This document shows, piece by piece, positions 13,477 through 26,920 of a stretch of DNA of 64,000 nt. The translations under genes and the position numbers were made by a program. The notes beneath the pieces are model-generated. The model saw only the letters and a list, made by a program, of their open reading frames with translations, had not been told where the DNA came from and made no database searches. The stretch comes from Blepharisma stoltei ATCC 30299. Taxonomy: Eukaryota > Protista > Ciliophora. The stretch is taken from NCBI GenBank assembly GCA_965603825.1, contig CBFDEM010000008.1, positions 186,001-250,000 of the forward strand, in the 5' to 3' direction. Within the stretch, counting starts at the first letter, position 1. The number at the start of each line of letters is the position of its first letter.

Positions 13477-15708
13477 CTATTCACTACTAATTTCATAAGT
13501 ATAACTCTCTTCAAAATTATTTTCCGGAGTCTTGAAATCAAAAAACCCTTTAACACGGCCTAAAATTTCACTTATCCCATTTACACTTTCATTAATACAA
13601 TTCATTCTCATCCATACAGGGCGCTTATAAAATGTATGCCTTTCGTCCACCAATAAAATTACAGCATAATCATTTGCATGCCTAATTGCTCTTCCTATTG
13701 ACTGATTTATAGTTTTATGACAATTCGTCTCATAGAAAACTCTTCCATTAAATCCAGTATTTTTTGAGTCTAAAAAATTAATTCTTTCTTTAACTTCTAT
13801 ATCAAAACAATTTAAATAAGGTAACCCAACCATTATAATGCACCTGCCCAGCTCATCACTAAAGTTAATTCCTTCACTTAATTTACCTCTCGCGACTGCA
13901 AAAAGTATGGCACCTTCTCCTTGGGCGCAGCTTGAATACTGGTCTAAAATATTCTCATTTCTCTTATCGTAAAATATTTTTTTATATTTTTGGATTTTTT
14001 TAGCACAATCACTATTTATATAGTTCTGCAATTTTCCTAAAAAACTGAAAGAGGGCAGGAAAACAACGATTCCATTAGGAACCACCTGACTTACGTCAGT
14101 TATCAGCTCACAAAGGTCAGTCATCATTATAAGATCGTCTCGTTTCTCAAATACAAATTTAAAAGGTCTGCCACTTTTCCCTTTAGGCACTATAGAAACT
14201 AATAAATTTTCTGGAGGAATCACATGGCCGCATGAAAAAAAAGCCATTTCTGAGCGAGGGATGTCTTCAAAAAGATCTATAAATTCTTCTTGAGGCTCAA
14301 TTGTGCCTCCGATTAGGATAATGCATCGTACTGCTTTTAAAATAGATCTGAAGGGAATTATTGGATTTAGCAGCAAATATTTTATTTTAGGATCAGCTCC
14401 TTCACACCTATCATAAATTATGCAGGAATCTGTAGGGTCGTTTATAAAGCACTCTAAAAACTCAATAAAATAGTAAAAATACGTCTTATCGTGTGAAGAA
14501 AGATTACCAAATCCCATAACTTTTCTAGCTAAATCGTCTTTTTCTATAAATTTAAGAATTTCATCATATCTGCCTCTCCCAAAGCTATATTTCTTAATAA
14601 AATCGTTTACTGGGATCGAAAGGCCTTTTTTTGTAGGGTCCTTCATGGCTCAACTAATAAATCCATCTAATTTTCTTATAAACTGTAAAATATAGTTAAC
14701 ACGGCTTGCTTTTTCAGAACTCCAGCCACTTCAGTAATGATAATAATATTCGCTTAAAGTCTTTTTGCATTGCTTTATTTGGCTATTTGTCAAAGAAGCT
14801 GAGTATGCGTCGATTGTTGATTCTATCAAATTATGAGCTTCGTCTATGATAAGAATAGAGTTTTGTAAATTTATTTTGGAGCGATTACGTATTCTTTTGT
14901 TAAGAATTGATAAATAGGGGGCTATAATAACTTCTGCTTCTTCAATAGCAAGCCTTGAGCCATAATATGGGCAGCCATGCTCTCTTCTGCCAGCTATTAA
15001 TAGATCTTCAATATCACGTATTTCATTGATTATGTGCTCACATATGCGTTTGGCTCCGCTAAAATATGAACAATGAATTTCTCTTTGTTTTGGCTTTTTA
15101 TTTTTTATATTTTTATTCTCTAATTCTTCATTTTCTTCTTCCTTATATTCAATTTCGGCTTCTACCATCATTTTTTCTTCTTCCGGGTCTTTTTTAGCTT
15201 CTTCTAATTGCATTTTCTCATTTAATTCGCCTTCTTCTTTATCTGTGTCTTCATCTGTGTCGTCATAATACGCTTCTCCTATCATTTCTTTGCATTTATG
15301 ATCAATTTCATATGAATTTTTGAATTCTTCAAGCTCTGGGTTGATACAAAATTGCTTTCTTGATCCGACTCTGACAGCCCGAATTTTGTCTTCTCCTTGA
15401 CCTCAAATTGTTTTTTTAATTTCAGAAATAAATTGGTCTAACTGTAAATGAGTTCTACTTGTGTATACAATTTTTGGAAAATATTGACTTATTGCGTGCT
15501 TTTTTTTGCGATAATTCTTGCTAGGCCGAGGATAGTTCTGATCACGAAGCCACTTGAAGGATGAGCTAATTATGCTTAGCGATTTTCCTGTTCCTGTTGG
15601 GCTTTCAAAAATTCCAACCTTTTTAGTGTCAAGGGTTCTATAAAGCTCATTCATGAGATCAAGCTGAACATCGTAAGGCTTATAAGGAAAATTAAAAGTT
15701 TGCTCCAT
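13477..15708 (-). CDS. DDX11: DDX11/Chl1-like Fe-S DNA helicase (XPD/FANCJ family), 743 aa
   Basis: Three ORFs fuse in frame via TGA=Trp. [87 protein letters not shown]. Confidence 0.9.
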
Positions 15709-16032
15709 TTAAATATAAGAAAAATCAATGAAGTGCTTCAGTCAAGTCGCTTATGAAGTTCAATAATAAACAGTTATATTTACTTGTACGGGAAATCAAA
15801 ATAAATAATCAGGTTTTTCCCAAAAAACAATATAAAGGAGTGAAATCATTAAATGGGTGGATGCTATAAATACTATTTTGCAGCTGTAACTCTGCATTAC
15901 AATAGAATATAATCATTTGGTTGATAAGTTTCTTTCAATCCCAAAATAAATAGCTTCATTGATTCGTTATTTTCGTATCATCTAGATTTTTTAAGTTAAA
16001 TGAGTAATCGAAAAATAATAAATAGTAGAAAT

Positions 16033-18834
16033 ATGGATAAAAAACGATGCTTTGGACCATGCTGTAGACTCAATGTCGAATATGCATGCAAATGTACTTC
16101 TCCTGAAACTTATTTATGCGAGGAGCACTTAACAGAGCATTGCAAGAAAACTCAAGTAACTCATCCCTTTTATCATTTATCTGTAAACACTTTTGAAGGA
16201 ACTATAAAAGCAATTCTTGACTTTTTTGAGGGGGAGTTGGCTGAAAAAACCAAAATTAAAAGCAAGTTAATAGTTTGCCTTGGTCAAACCATTTCTGGCT
16301 TGGAAAATACCCTCAAAATGCTTTTAAAAGAGATTGACTCTGATTTCGACAAATTAAACATGTATATTGAAAATCCTTCTAATTTTCATCACTTTTCTTA
16401 TAATGGCCTAGAAACAGTTGAGAAAGTTCGAGAATGATGTGCGAGCATCTTAACCCCTACCGAGGTTTTTCATTCATATGGCGAAATGGCAAAGAAAATT
16501 GATAAGATGATAAGAAACTTAAATAAAACAATAGTTGATTGTATTCAAAATAGAGGAACTTCAAAATCAAAGAAAATTGAACAAAATGATGAAATTAGTG
16601 CTGAGGCAGAACCTGGTTTAATTCAAATAGAACAAATTGAAGAAAATGATAAAAATAATAGAAATTTACATGATGAGGTGGTCCCATATAGCCAAAACAG
16701 AGAAGCGGCTCAGGTTAATTCAAATGAAGATGTCTCATACAATGAAATAGGAAATATTTTATATAATGAATATGCATATGAGGACGCAATAAAAAGCTAT
16801 AATGAGGCAATTAAAATTGATCAAAACAATTCAGTTTATTATATAAACAAAGCGAAGGCTCTAAATAAGCTAGGCAAAAAAGAAGAAGCCTTAGGGTCTT
16901 TTAGTCAAGCTGCTAAAATTGATCCAGATAACGAGGAGCTCATAAAGCCTTATAATAAAGCTACCCTAGTTGAACAAATTAATGATTTGGAATGCATAGA
17001 TATCGGAAATACTTTCTATGGCAGAAAAAAATATGAAGAAGCTTTAAAATATTATAACATTGCCATAAAAATTAACCCAAATAATGGCAATCTTTATAAA
17101 TACAAAGGAGATGCTTTAAAGGGTTTAAATAGAAACAAAGAAGCTATAAACTACTATAATCAAGCTATTTGAATCAATCCAAAAGATCATAATGCTTATA
17201 ATGGGATCGGAATTATTTACTCTGCTGAAAAGAAATATCAAGAGGCCATAAAATACTATAGCGATGCCATTAGGATAAACCAAAATAACGAAGTCTATTA
17301 TTTCAATAAAGGAGATGCTCTAATGGAGTTAGGAAGAAACCAAGAAGCCAAGGAATTCCTCAACAAAGCTATTAGCATTTGTCCAAGATATGATAAAGCA
17401 TATAATAGCTTGGCAAATATCTTTAAAAGAGAAAAGCAATATCCAGAAGCTATAGGATATTATAATAAAGCAATTGAAATTAACCCGAATTGTGCAGCCT
17501 ATTTTTTAAATAAAGGAATAGCTCTTAGTGAAATTAAAAGAAACGAGGAAGCTATTGAGTGCCTAAAGCAAGCTCTTAGACTCTATCCAAATTATAAAGA
17601 AGCATATAATAACTTAGGAAATATATTTTATCAAGAAAAAAAATATCAAGAAGCTGTAGTAAACTACAGTGAAGCAATTAGAATAGAGCCAAATATTTCA
17701 ATTTATCACTTGAATAAAGGAAATGCTCTAATTAAGCTATCGAGAAGCAAAGAGGCAGCAAAATGCTTTAATGAAGCTATCAGAATTGACCCAAATGATG
17801 CTGAAATATGCAATATAATAGGAAACAATTTCTATGATGAAAAAAAATATGAAGAAGCATTAGATTTTTATTCCAGAGCTATCGGAATAAATCCTAGCAA
17901 TGCAAAATATCATAAAAATAAAGGAGATGCGTTCGAAAAATTAGAAAGGAATGACGAAGCTATAGATAGCTATCATCAGGCTATTAAATGTGACTCAAAC
18001 TATGCTATGGCATATAATCTTATTGGAAATCTGCTTTATTATAACTACCAATATGAAGAGGCAATAGCATACTACAATAATGCTATTAGAATCAGCCCCG
18101 AGTATTCAATTTACTATCGTAATAAAGGGGATACTTTACGTGCATTAGGCCGAAATAGAGATGCTATAGATTTATATAATCAAGCTCTTCTAATTGATCC
18201 TAATAGCAGCATGGCATATCTTGGCCTTGGAAATGTCTTTTGTAACGCAAAAAGGCATAAAGAAGCACTGAGCTATTTTAATGAAGCGATCCGTATCGAT
18301 CCTAACAATCCTGCTTTCTATACACACAAAGGAACAGCCCTTAGCGAACTAGGTAGAAAAGATGAAGCTATGGAGTGCTTTAACGAAGCAATTAGAATTA
18401 ATCCGAATTATGCTAAAGCATATAGTAGCATCGGATTAATGTATCATAACGATAAGAGGTATAAAGAAGCTATAATACAATTTAATAATGCAATTAGAGC
18501 CAATAAAAAAGATCCGCAGCTCTATTTAGAAAAAGGAAACACTCTAAAGGAGCTAGGACAAAAAGATGAAATGATGGGTTGCTATTATGAAGCTATTAGA
18601 ATTAACCCAAATTTTGATACAGCATACAATAACATAGGATATATATTTGGTGAGGAAGGAAATTATGAAGAAGCAATAAAATATTACGATCAAGCTATTA
18701 GACTTAACCAAAGAGTGGCAGCTTATTATAGAAATAAAGGAATTGCTTTAAGAAAGCTCAATAGAGCGGAAGAAGCAATTGAGTGTGATAATGCAGCTAA
18801 TAGTATAGAAAGTGAGTCCAGAATAACTATCTAA
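16033..18834 (+). CDS. N-terminal Cys/His Zn-binding motif + coiled region + about 19 TPR repeats
   Basis: ORFs 16000-16437, 16486-17172 and 17323-18834 are one frame joined by TGA=Trp; 34-aa TPR periodicity. ATG 16033 chosen by alignment to paralogs (16000 also possible). Confidence 0.88.
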
Positions 18835-19773
18835 ATAATAAGCAGAGATAAAAAAGCATTTGTTAAATCTTGCTCTATGGCAAAAATTAGAGATAATTAA
18901 AACTTTTTATATTCTAAAATGGCAATACCTAAAAGCTACATATTTATCGGCCAGAATCCTCACTTTCAATTTTGGCTATAAGGATTGGTTTTGCATTGGA
19001 GTTCTATCATACTGAGGCTTGTAAGCAATTTTATTGGAAGGGCCTTACCTTGAACAGTCTTTAAAAAAGTAAAATAATTAATTTTTTCACCTAGCTGCAT
19101 CATCAGAACTTTAGTGATCAAGAAACTGGAATAAGTCAGTTGTGAATTTTCGAAGATTACAATATTATTCTAGAGCATACGCTGGTGAAGCAAGGAGACT
19201 ATGCCTGAGCTTTGTGGGCGCCGGGCGCAGAAGAATGACTAGGAATTCTAAGATAGCCTGCGAGGGACATAAAGCGAATAATTTAAGTTAGAAGTCAAAA
19301 ATATAAATTAATTAGAATGCTTCAGATGATTTATGAGGATTAATTGTAATAGTTTTTTTACTTTTCCATAAATAAAATATTTTTAGTAGAGGTAATAGGT
19401 AGCTTCATTCGATTACAAATAACTCAATCTTATTTATCAGAAATATAATTTTTATAAATTCCCCAAGTTGAATTTTGCATATTTAACAGTAATTATTTAA
19501 TCTTTATATAATGTTGACCCTTGCTAATCACCAGTATATGATCTAAAAAATTATTAAATGCATTTAAAATCGATAGTTTAATAGAAAATACTCTTATCAC
19601 AAAGCAAATATATTACAAATCATCCAAACAATGCCATTATTCAAAGCATAAAATTCATTAAAATACACCTGTTTATTGAGTTCGTGATCTATTGAAGTGC
19701 CTAAAACTAATGATGCTAACTACATTTAGCATTAATATTGTATAATTTTAGAAAATTCGTAGAATAATAGAAA

Positions 19774-22071
19774 ATGAGCACCATGAAATGCTTTAAGCCA
19801 GAATGCAAGCAAGAAGTAGAATATGTATGCAGATGCACTTCTCCTGAGATATACTCCTGCAAAAAACACTTAGCAGAGCATTGCAAATCGACAAACAAAA
19901 TTCACTTTTCTGACGCTATCGTTTTGACGCTTGTTGAAGGATCGAAAAAAGCAGTTCTTGAGCTTCTTGAACAAGAAAAGGTTATAATAGGTGCCACAAA
20001 AACCCAATTAATAGCTACCGTTGGCGAAACTTTATCAAATATAGGAAATCGCTTTAAAGAGCTTCTTAAAGAGCTGGACTCTGGCTTATCAAAAGTAGAG
20101 GATTTCTACGAAAATATAATTTCAGCAAAAAGAATAACGAAAGTGGACCCAGTTTTAAGCTTGCTAGCTTTAGATCCTGGTTCTGCTATTGAAAAAATTA
20201 AAGAAATGATACCAGAGAGATCAAGTTCCATCGATTGTGCTAGAGATTTTTGTGCCGTGAGTAACGAAATTGATAAGATGCTACAAAATTTCAAAAAGAA
20301 AGTACCTAATGTTTCTCAAGAACCCAAAAAATTCAAAAAAATTCAAAATACTCCACTCTCCATAGAACCAAATAGCAAGTCTCTATATCCTTGTGAAAAT
20401 CATGCAATTCCAGATGACCCAAATGAAGATGCAACCCAAAATGCAATAGGAATTACTTTATGTGAGGATAAAAGGTATACTGAGGCAATTCCAGCTTTCG
20501 ATAAGGCAATAAAAATTAACCCAAATTGCGCAGTTTATTACATTAACAAAGGAGATGCCCTATTGGAACTAAAGAAACTAGGAGAAGCTAAAACCTGCTA
20601 TGATTTAGCTACTAGGCTTAATCAAGACCAATACAAGGATAAATTATACAATGGCATAGGAACTATCTGCTATAAAGAAAAGAAATATGAAGAAGCTCTA
20701 AATCACTTTAACAATGCAATAACAATAAATCCGCACTGCTCACTTTATTATAGAAATTTAGCAAACTCTCTAAAAGAGTTAAATAGAACAGATGAAGCGA
20801 AAGGCTGGTACCATGAAGCCATTATTACTAATCAAAACGATGACGAAGCATACTATGAATTAGGAAATATTTTATATTTAGAAAAGAAATATGAAGAAGC
20901 TCTTTCTAATTATACCAATGCTATTAGGATCAACAAAAATAATGCTAACTATTATAAACAAAAAGGACACGTCCTGAAAGAGCTAAATAGAGCAGCTGAA
21001 GCAAAGGACTGCTATAATAATGCAATAAGAATAAACTCAAATGATGATGAAGTATATAATCGCCTAGGAATTATTTTGAAAGATGAAAAAAAGCTTGATG
21101 AAGCATTAAAAACTTACGACAATGCTATTAGAATTAATCCAAAATGAGAGTATTATAGAAACAAAGGAAATGTTTATGAAGAATTGGGCAAGTTAGAAGA
21201 TGCTAAAGGATGTTATAATACAGCTCTTGAAAAAAATCAATATGACGATTTTTCATATAATGCTATTGGAAATATCTTAAAAAGCTCTGGTCAATATGAT
21301 CAAGCAATACTTTGATATGATAGTGCTATCACGTGTGACCCAACTTGCACTTTATATTATAGAAATAAAGGGAATCTCCTAGCTTTATTAAGAAGAAAAG
21401 ATGAGGCTTTTGAATGTTTATACAAAGCACTAGAAATTGATCCGCGTGCAGATGCAGTGTGCAACGACATAGGGAATATTTATTATAATGACAAAAAATA
21501 TAGAGAAGCTTTAGAATATTATGAATACTCTATAAATCTCAACCCAGAAAATGCAGCTTATTATAGAAATAAAGGAAAAGCTCTTGTTGAGTTAAAAAAT
21601 AGAGCAAATGCTATTGAATGTTTTAACAGTGCCATTGAAATTAACCCAAATTTTGATACAGTTTACGATGAATTAGGGTTGATTCATAAAGATAATGAGA
21701 ATTATCTAGAAGCTTTGAGATGTTTTAGCAAAGCAATTGAAATAAATCCCAGGTGTGCACTTTATTACAGAGATAAAGGATATACTATGAAATGTTTGGG
21801 GAAAATAGATGATGCTAAAGCGTGCTTTAGAAAAGTTATTGAAATTGATTCAAACGGTGATGCAGCATATAATGAAATGGGAAATATATTTTGAAATGAA
21901 AAAAATTTTAACGAGGCATATAAATATTACAGTTGAGCTGTAAAGATAAATCCAAATTCTGCGCTTTATTGAAGAAATGCAGGAGATACTTTAAATAAGC
22001 TAAATAGATACAATGAATCAAAGGAGTGCATAAAAAGAGCTAAAGCATTGGAAAAAAGTTCTAAGACTTAG
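19774..22071 (+). CDS. Zn-motif + TPR repeat protein (paralog of 16033)
   Basis: Continuous frame through TGA codons (21145, 21313, 21892 and later) to TAG 22069-22071; same N-terminal CxxxxC motif. Confidence 0.88.
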
Positions 22072-22412
22072 TTGGTTTGATGGCTATTTGAAAATTAAAT
22101 AAATTACCCTTTTTACTTATAAAACTTTAAAATATGTAGTTTAGGAAAATATTAATTTTTAAAAAATGCTAAAAAGTCGACAAAAAGACCGATAAATATT
22201 GAATTGCATGATGAATTTGACATAATAGTTAATTATTTTTGCTGTTGATAGCTGATGGGAAAAAATATCATCTTGCTGCAGTTGAATAGCAAAGAAAAAT
22301 TAGAATTATTGATAATATACGCACTATATTAGCTCTAAATCAGAGATAACTTATAAATTATAATATTATCATAAAGCAGTTTCTTTATAAATTAAATAGC
22401 GATTATAGAGAT

Positions 22413-23045
22413 ATGGATATCAAAAAATGCTTTGAGCCTGCATGCCAGCAAGAAACAGAATACTTATGCAGATGCACTTCTCATGAGACATACTGATGCC
22501 AAATACACTTAGAAAAGCATTGTAAAATGACCAACATAATTCATCCTTTCGACACTATCGCTTTAGAGCTCGTTGACAGATCGAAAACAGCCGTTCTTGA
22601 GCTCCTTGAACAAGAAAAATCTGTAAGAGGCGAAACGAGAAATAAATTAATCGTTGCCTATAACCATGATAAGAGGCTTCAAGAATCGTTAAATTATTTT
22701 AACAAAGCAATTGAAATAAATCCAAACTGTGCACTTTATTATAAAAATATGGGATTTGCTATGAAAGAATTAGGTAGGCTTGAAGATGCTAAAAGGTGTT
22801 TTGCGAATGCTATTAAAGCTGGCTCAAGGTATGATTCAGCATATAATGGAATGGGGGATATCCTGTGAAATGAAAAAAGATACGAAGAGGCTTATAATTA
22901 TTATAACTGGGCAGCAAGCATAAATCCAAATTCCTCACTTTATTGAAGAAACGCTGGGGATGCTTTAAAACAGTTAAACAGGAAACAAGAGTCTAAGCAA
23001 TACATAAATCGAGCTATAAGCATAGAAAAAGCTAGGAAAAAATAA
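22413..23045 (+). CDS. Short Zn-motif + TPR paralog (210 aa), internally deleted relative to 19774
   Basis: MDIKKCFEPACQQETEYLCRCTS..; open with TGA=Trp to TAA 23043-23045. N-terminus and last TPRs match the 19774 gene; the middle is absent. Confidence 0.75.
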
Positions 23046-24413
23046 TTATTTGAAATTATTAAATAATATTCTTTATGTAAAATATGAAGAAAAAAAGACA
23101 TACTATTGGCCTGATGATAAAATTAGTGATAAATAGCTAAAATTTCACTTTTTATAATCAGAGGAAACTAGACTTTAGAAAAGATTAAAGATGCATACTT
23201 CATTATTTAATGCAATGTCTATGTTGAATTATGAGACTCTTTCAACTGTAGGCGAATTAATAGGTGATCCACCTTATAGATAGCTATCCTTTGCCTCTGT
23301 TACTTGTACTGCCCTGAAACTTTTCTTATATATAAGGGGCTGATGCTGGGAAAAGGATTTTCTAAAAGCTTTCAAAAGATGAGCTCTTAATTTGTGAATC
23401 ATGGAGAAAACGCTAATTCGATTGCCTAGCTCCGTTTTGTCGTTCATCTGCTTATACTGCAGTAAATATTCTTAAATTTCGAGGATCCTATGGTATAGGC
23501 ATTTACTTGCATTTCTGAATTTTAGAGAAAATTATAATCCAAACAGCACTTTCCTAAATATTAACAAGCTTATGCAAGTTATTTATTAAATTAAAGATTT
23601 AAATATCACAAAAAATTAATTTACGTTAAAATGATTTATAGGCTCTTAAAATCTTTAATTTATTGATTATGAATCAAGTTTTTGATTAAAGCTGCAAAAG
23701 TGAGGCTATTATTTTGCTATAATCTCTCTAAATTCTTTGAGTATTTAAGGAAATATAAATATTGGCATGAAGTGCTGCTTTGAGCTATTCCGCCAACAAG
23801 AAATATATTATGGATGTAAATTTTATCCCCTGAGACATAATCATGCAGTAATCACTATCCTCGAGTAAAAATTACTTTGCTGATTGAGTTTTTAAGAAAA
23901 AAAATTTTGTTTTCAATATGAAATTTAACTTAAATTTTTTTCTTTAATGGCAAGCCTCTCTAAATTAATAGGTGAGGCTGAAGGATTTGTATAAAAAAGT
24001 TAATTAAAAGTTTTAACACAATTGGTGCAAATTAAGTAACAAAATTGATCCTTTTGACACCATTTCTTTAAGGCTTGTTGAAGGATCAAGCAATTGCATA
24101 GATTGAATATTTCTTAGTATTAGACCATGGTCACTGCGCCAAGAGAGGTAGTTTAAACTAATGGCATTGCTGAGCTCCCCAGGAAGGGAATTTACAATTG
24201 CATAGATTGAAGTATTTTAAATGCTGTTGAATTTAATTTTGCAAATAGTCCTTTAAGTTATATTATAAGTTTGCATGTCGGGACAACCCTCCAAAAATAA
24301 TGTAACCGCTTTAAAGCATTTATTTATACCTGATTTAATTATAAAATATAAAATTTAATTAAATTCAGCTTCCTGGAGCTAGGGAAATAATACTGGCTAT
24401 ATTTGTAGGAGGA

Positions 24414-25861
24414 TTATTTTCTAGCCATTAATTTGTTTTCTAAGTTAAACTTGTAGTAGCTTCTATGAATTCCAGTGCATCCAATATAGATTTCTCCTTT
24501 ATTATATGAGTAATATGCTTGAGCTGCGCTATAATTGATTACCGAGCTTGCTATTCGTTTCCATTTATATTCATCTCCAATATCACTTTCAAAAATCCTC
24601 CCATAACACTCAATCAAGTACAATTTCTCTAAATTTACAAATATTTTTCTGGTGTTCTCTTCAAAATTGTAAGGAATTGTTGAAAAAGAGTCAATATCAG
24701 GAGAATAAATAAAAATATTCTTACTTTCATGCCCAGAAACCAAAATATTACCATTAAATATTGTGCTATTACATAAATAATCTGGATTCGGCATTGGCAT
24801 TAGCTTTATTCAACGATTTCTTTCTAAATCAAATTAGCTGATAAGGGTAAATTTCCATTATAATTTGTTCCTCCAAAGCAATAAACGCCTTTATTAAAAT
24901 AAATAGCTGATGATCCATAACAATAGGCTCCAAATGGCAGATTCCGAATTTTACAATTTTTACTAACTATTAATGCAAGTCCAGAAGTCGGTTCACGTTT
25001 CCCAAAGCAGAATAATTCGCCATTTGGAAGCTGAGCTATGCATGTCCCACTGTTTAACGACTGAGGAGTCTCCAAAATTTTTACGTTTTCTCTTTCATTT
25101 TCAGTGTCATAAACAGTCAAATAAGTATTTTTTTCGTTGCATTGGCTAGTAAGATAAAGCGAAGTGATTTGGCTATAAGAGTCTTTATATTCTTGGTATG
25201 CTTGGCTTATTGATTGATGCAATGACAAATTTTCATACAATGAGCAAGTTTTCCTAAACTCTAGCTCTATTTCTGGGCTATTATTTAGTCTATTGAGAAT
25301 TTCGGAGCTTTTAGCTACTAGCTCTTGATTAATTCGTGATAGGTCAGGCAGATTTTGCTCCTGAAAGCTTTGGCTTATAGCGATATCATCTATTTTTTTG
25401 TTGAGATCTTTTAAAGTTGAATTAATTTGCGAACTAAATGAATTTATTTGACTTTCAAATTTAAGCTCTACTTCTTCCCTCCCCCTCCAGTCTTTAAACT
25501 TTATCTTAAGGTTTTTGATTTCATTTTCTAGCTTTGAAATAGAAAAATTCACTTCTGCAAATTTTTCATTAATTGCTTTATCATTTTCTTCTAATCTTTT
25601 TTCTATGTTTAAGAGTCTTTTGCCCAGAAAAGTTTCCAATTTTTCTTCAATAGAGTATTCAATCTTCCTTTGCATTTCTTCGATTGATTCGAGCATTGTT
25701 AAATATGGGTATTTACTAGATGGCTGACTAAAAGTAAACATATGGTAAAATATGATTTTATGCATAATTTTAAAAGATCTTCTCAATAGATTTATTTCAG
25801 ACTGACTATTATGCTGATTAATGCTTTGATATGGCTGACTAATGCTTTGATATAAAGGCAT
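24414..25861 (-). pseudogene. Coiled-coil + kelch-like beta-propeller gene, frameshifted near 24835, 5' end uncertain
   Basis: QLPNGELFCFG, VYCFGG and FNGNILVSG match the paralog at 30.2-30.9 kb. One missing base breaks (K)FDLERNR[W]IKLMPMP. Confidence 0.65.
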
Positions 25862-26275
25862 TTCCTCAGGATATTTGGTTGGAAATATTTTATTATGAGA
25901 TCTTTGCTCTGAAAAGTGTAAATAAATTGTCTTAAGAGGAAAAGCGTCTCAATCAAAAAAATGCATCGAATATTATTATTATGCAAAGCAGTAAGGATTT
26001 AATACATTTAATAGCACAATAGAGCGATATCATTATGAAAATATCATCTTGAGTGCCTTAGAAAAGCGTCAATAACTTTAAAACTGGATCTTCTTTTGCT
26101 TATTGAGAAATCTTTTAAGATCATTTACTTATTTATCTGATTTTTATATAGCAAAATTAAATTTACAAATTCTTTAATTATTCATTAAAACTTGCTAGTA
26201 AATTATATTAAAATCAAATTGCGCACATATTAATTGATTAATTAAGTGTTTTAAACTATTTAAACCAACGTAAAA

Positions 26276-26700
26276 CTCGCTCACAGAGATTTTAAACTAG
26301 AAAACATTTTTCTGATATCGAGAAATAATGAGCTAGACTTCAAATTAATTGACTTTGGACTTTCTCGAGAAGTAAAAAAAGTGCTTATATAAAGATGTGG
26401 GTGCTGTTGTGCCAGAAAAATTAAAAGGATTTATTCAGCATAGGGTGTGTTATATATATTTAGCTTTTCGGAAAATGCCATTTTTTGGGAGTAAACTAAA
26501 AGAAATATTTCTTAATAATAAAATGGAATCATCTATTTGCAAGGAAAAGTGTAGAATAATATATCAAGGAATGCACTAAATTTTATTGTTATGCTAATAA
26601 ATCCAAGCCCAGCAGAAAGAATTAGTACAAATGATGCTTTGAAGCATTTTTGATTTAAAAATGCAAGGAGAGCTTCAAATGATAGCTCGCTTTGCTATAA
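26276..26700 (+). pseudogene. Ser/Thr protein kinase (CAMK/CDPK-like) relic
   Basis: LAHRDFKLENIFL...FKLIDFGLSR then a stop; downstream pieces KMPFFG and PAERISTNDALKHF[W]F. N-lobe and activation segment are missing. Confidence 0.75.
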
Positions 26701-26920
26701 TAGAAATAAATAAATAATTTTATTTCATTATGGATAAGTTGTAAGTCTATTTAAGATTATTAAATATAAAATACCAGAATTCGAAAAAGTTTTTATCATT
26801 ACTTTGCAAAGAAATGCAAAAATTGTTTAATTATGATAAATTTTGATAAAAATTGTATTTTTCTTATGATGTCATCATAGCTTCCATTACGCAGAAAAAT
26901 TGGTGAAAATATAATTCAAA

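Noticed and set aside
18940-19270. GC-richer intergenic patch, possibly a coding or mobile-element relic (similar patch at 23220-23500)
   Set aside because: No recognisable motif or sustained frame; cannot be supported without a search.
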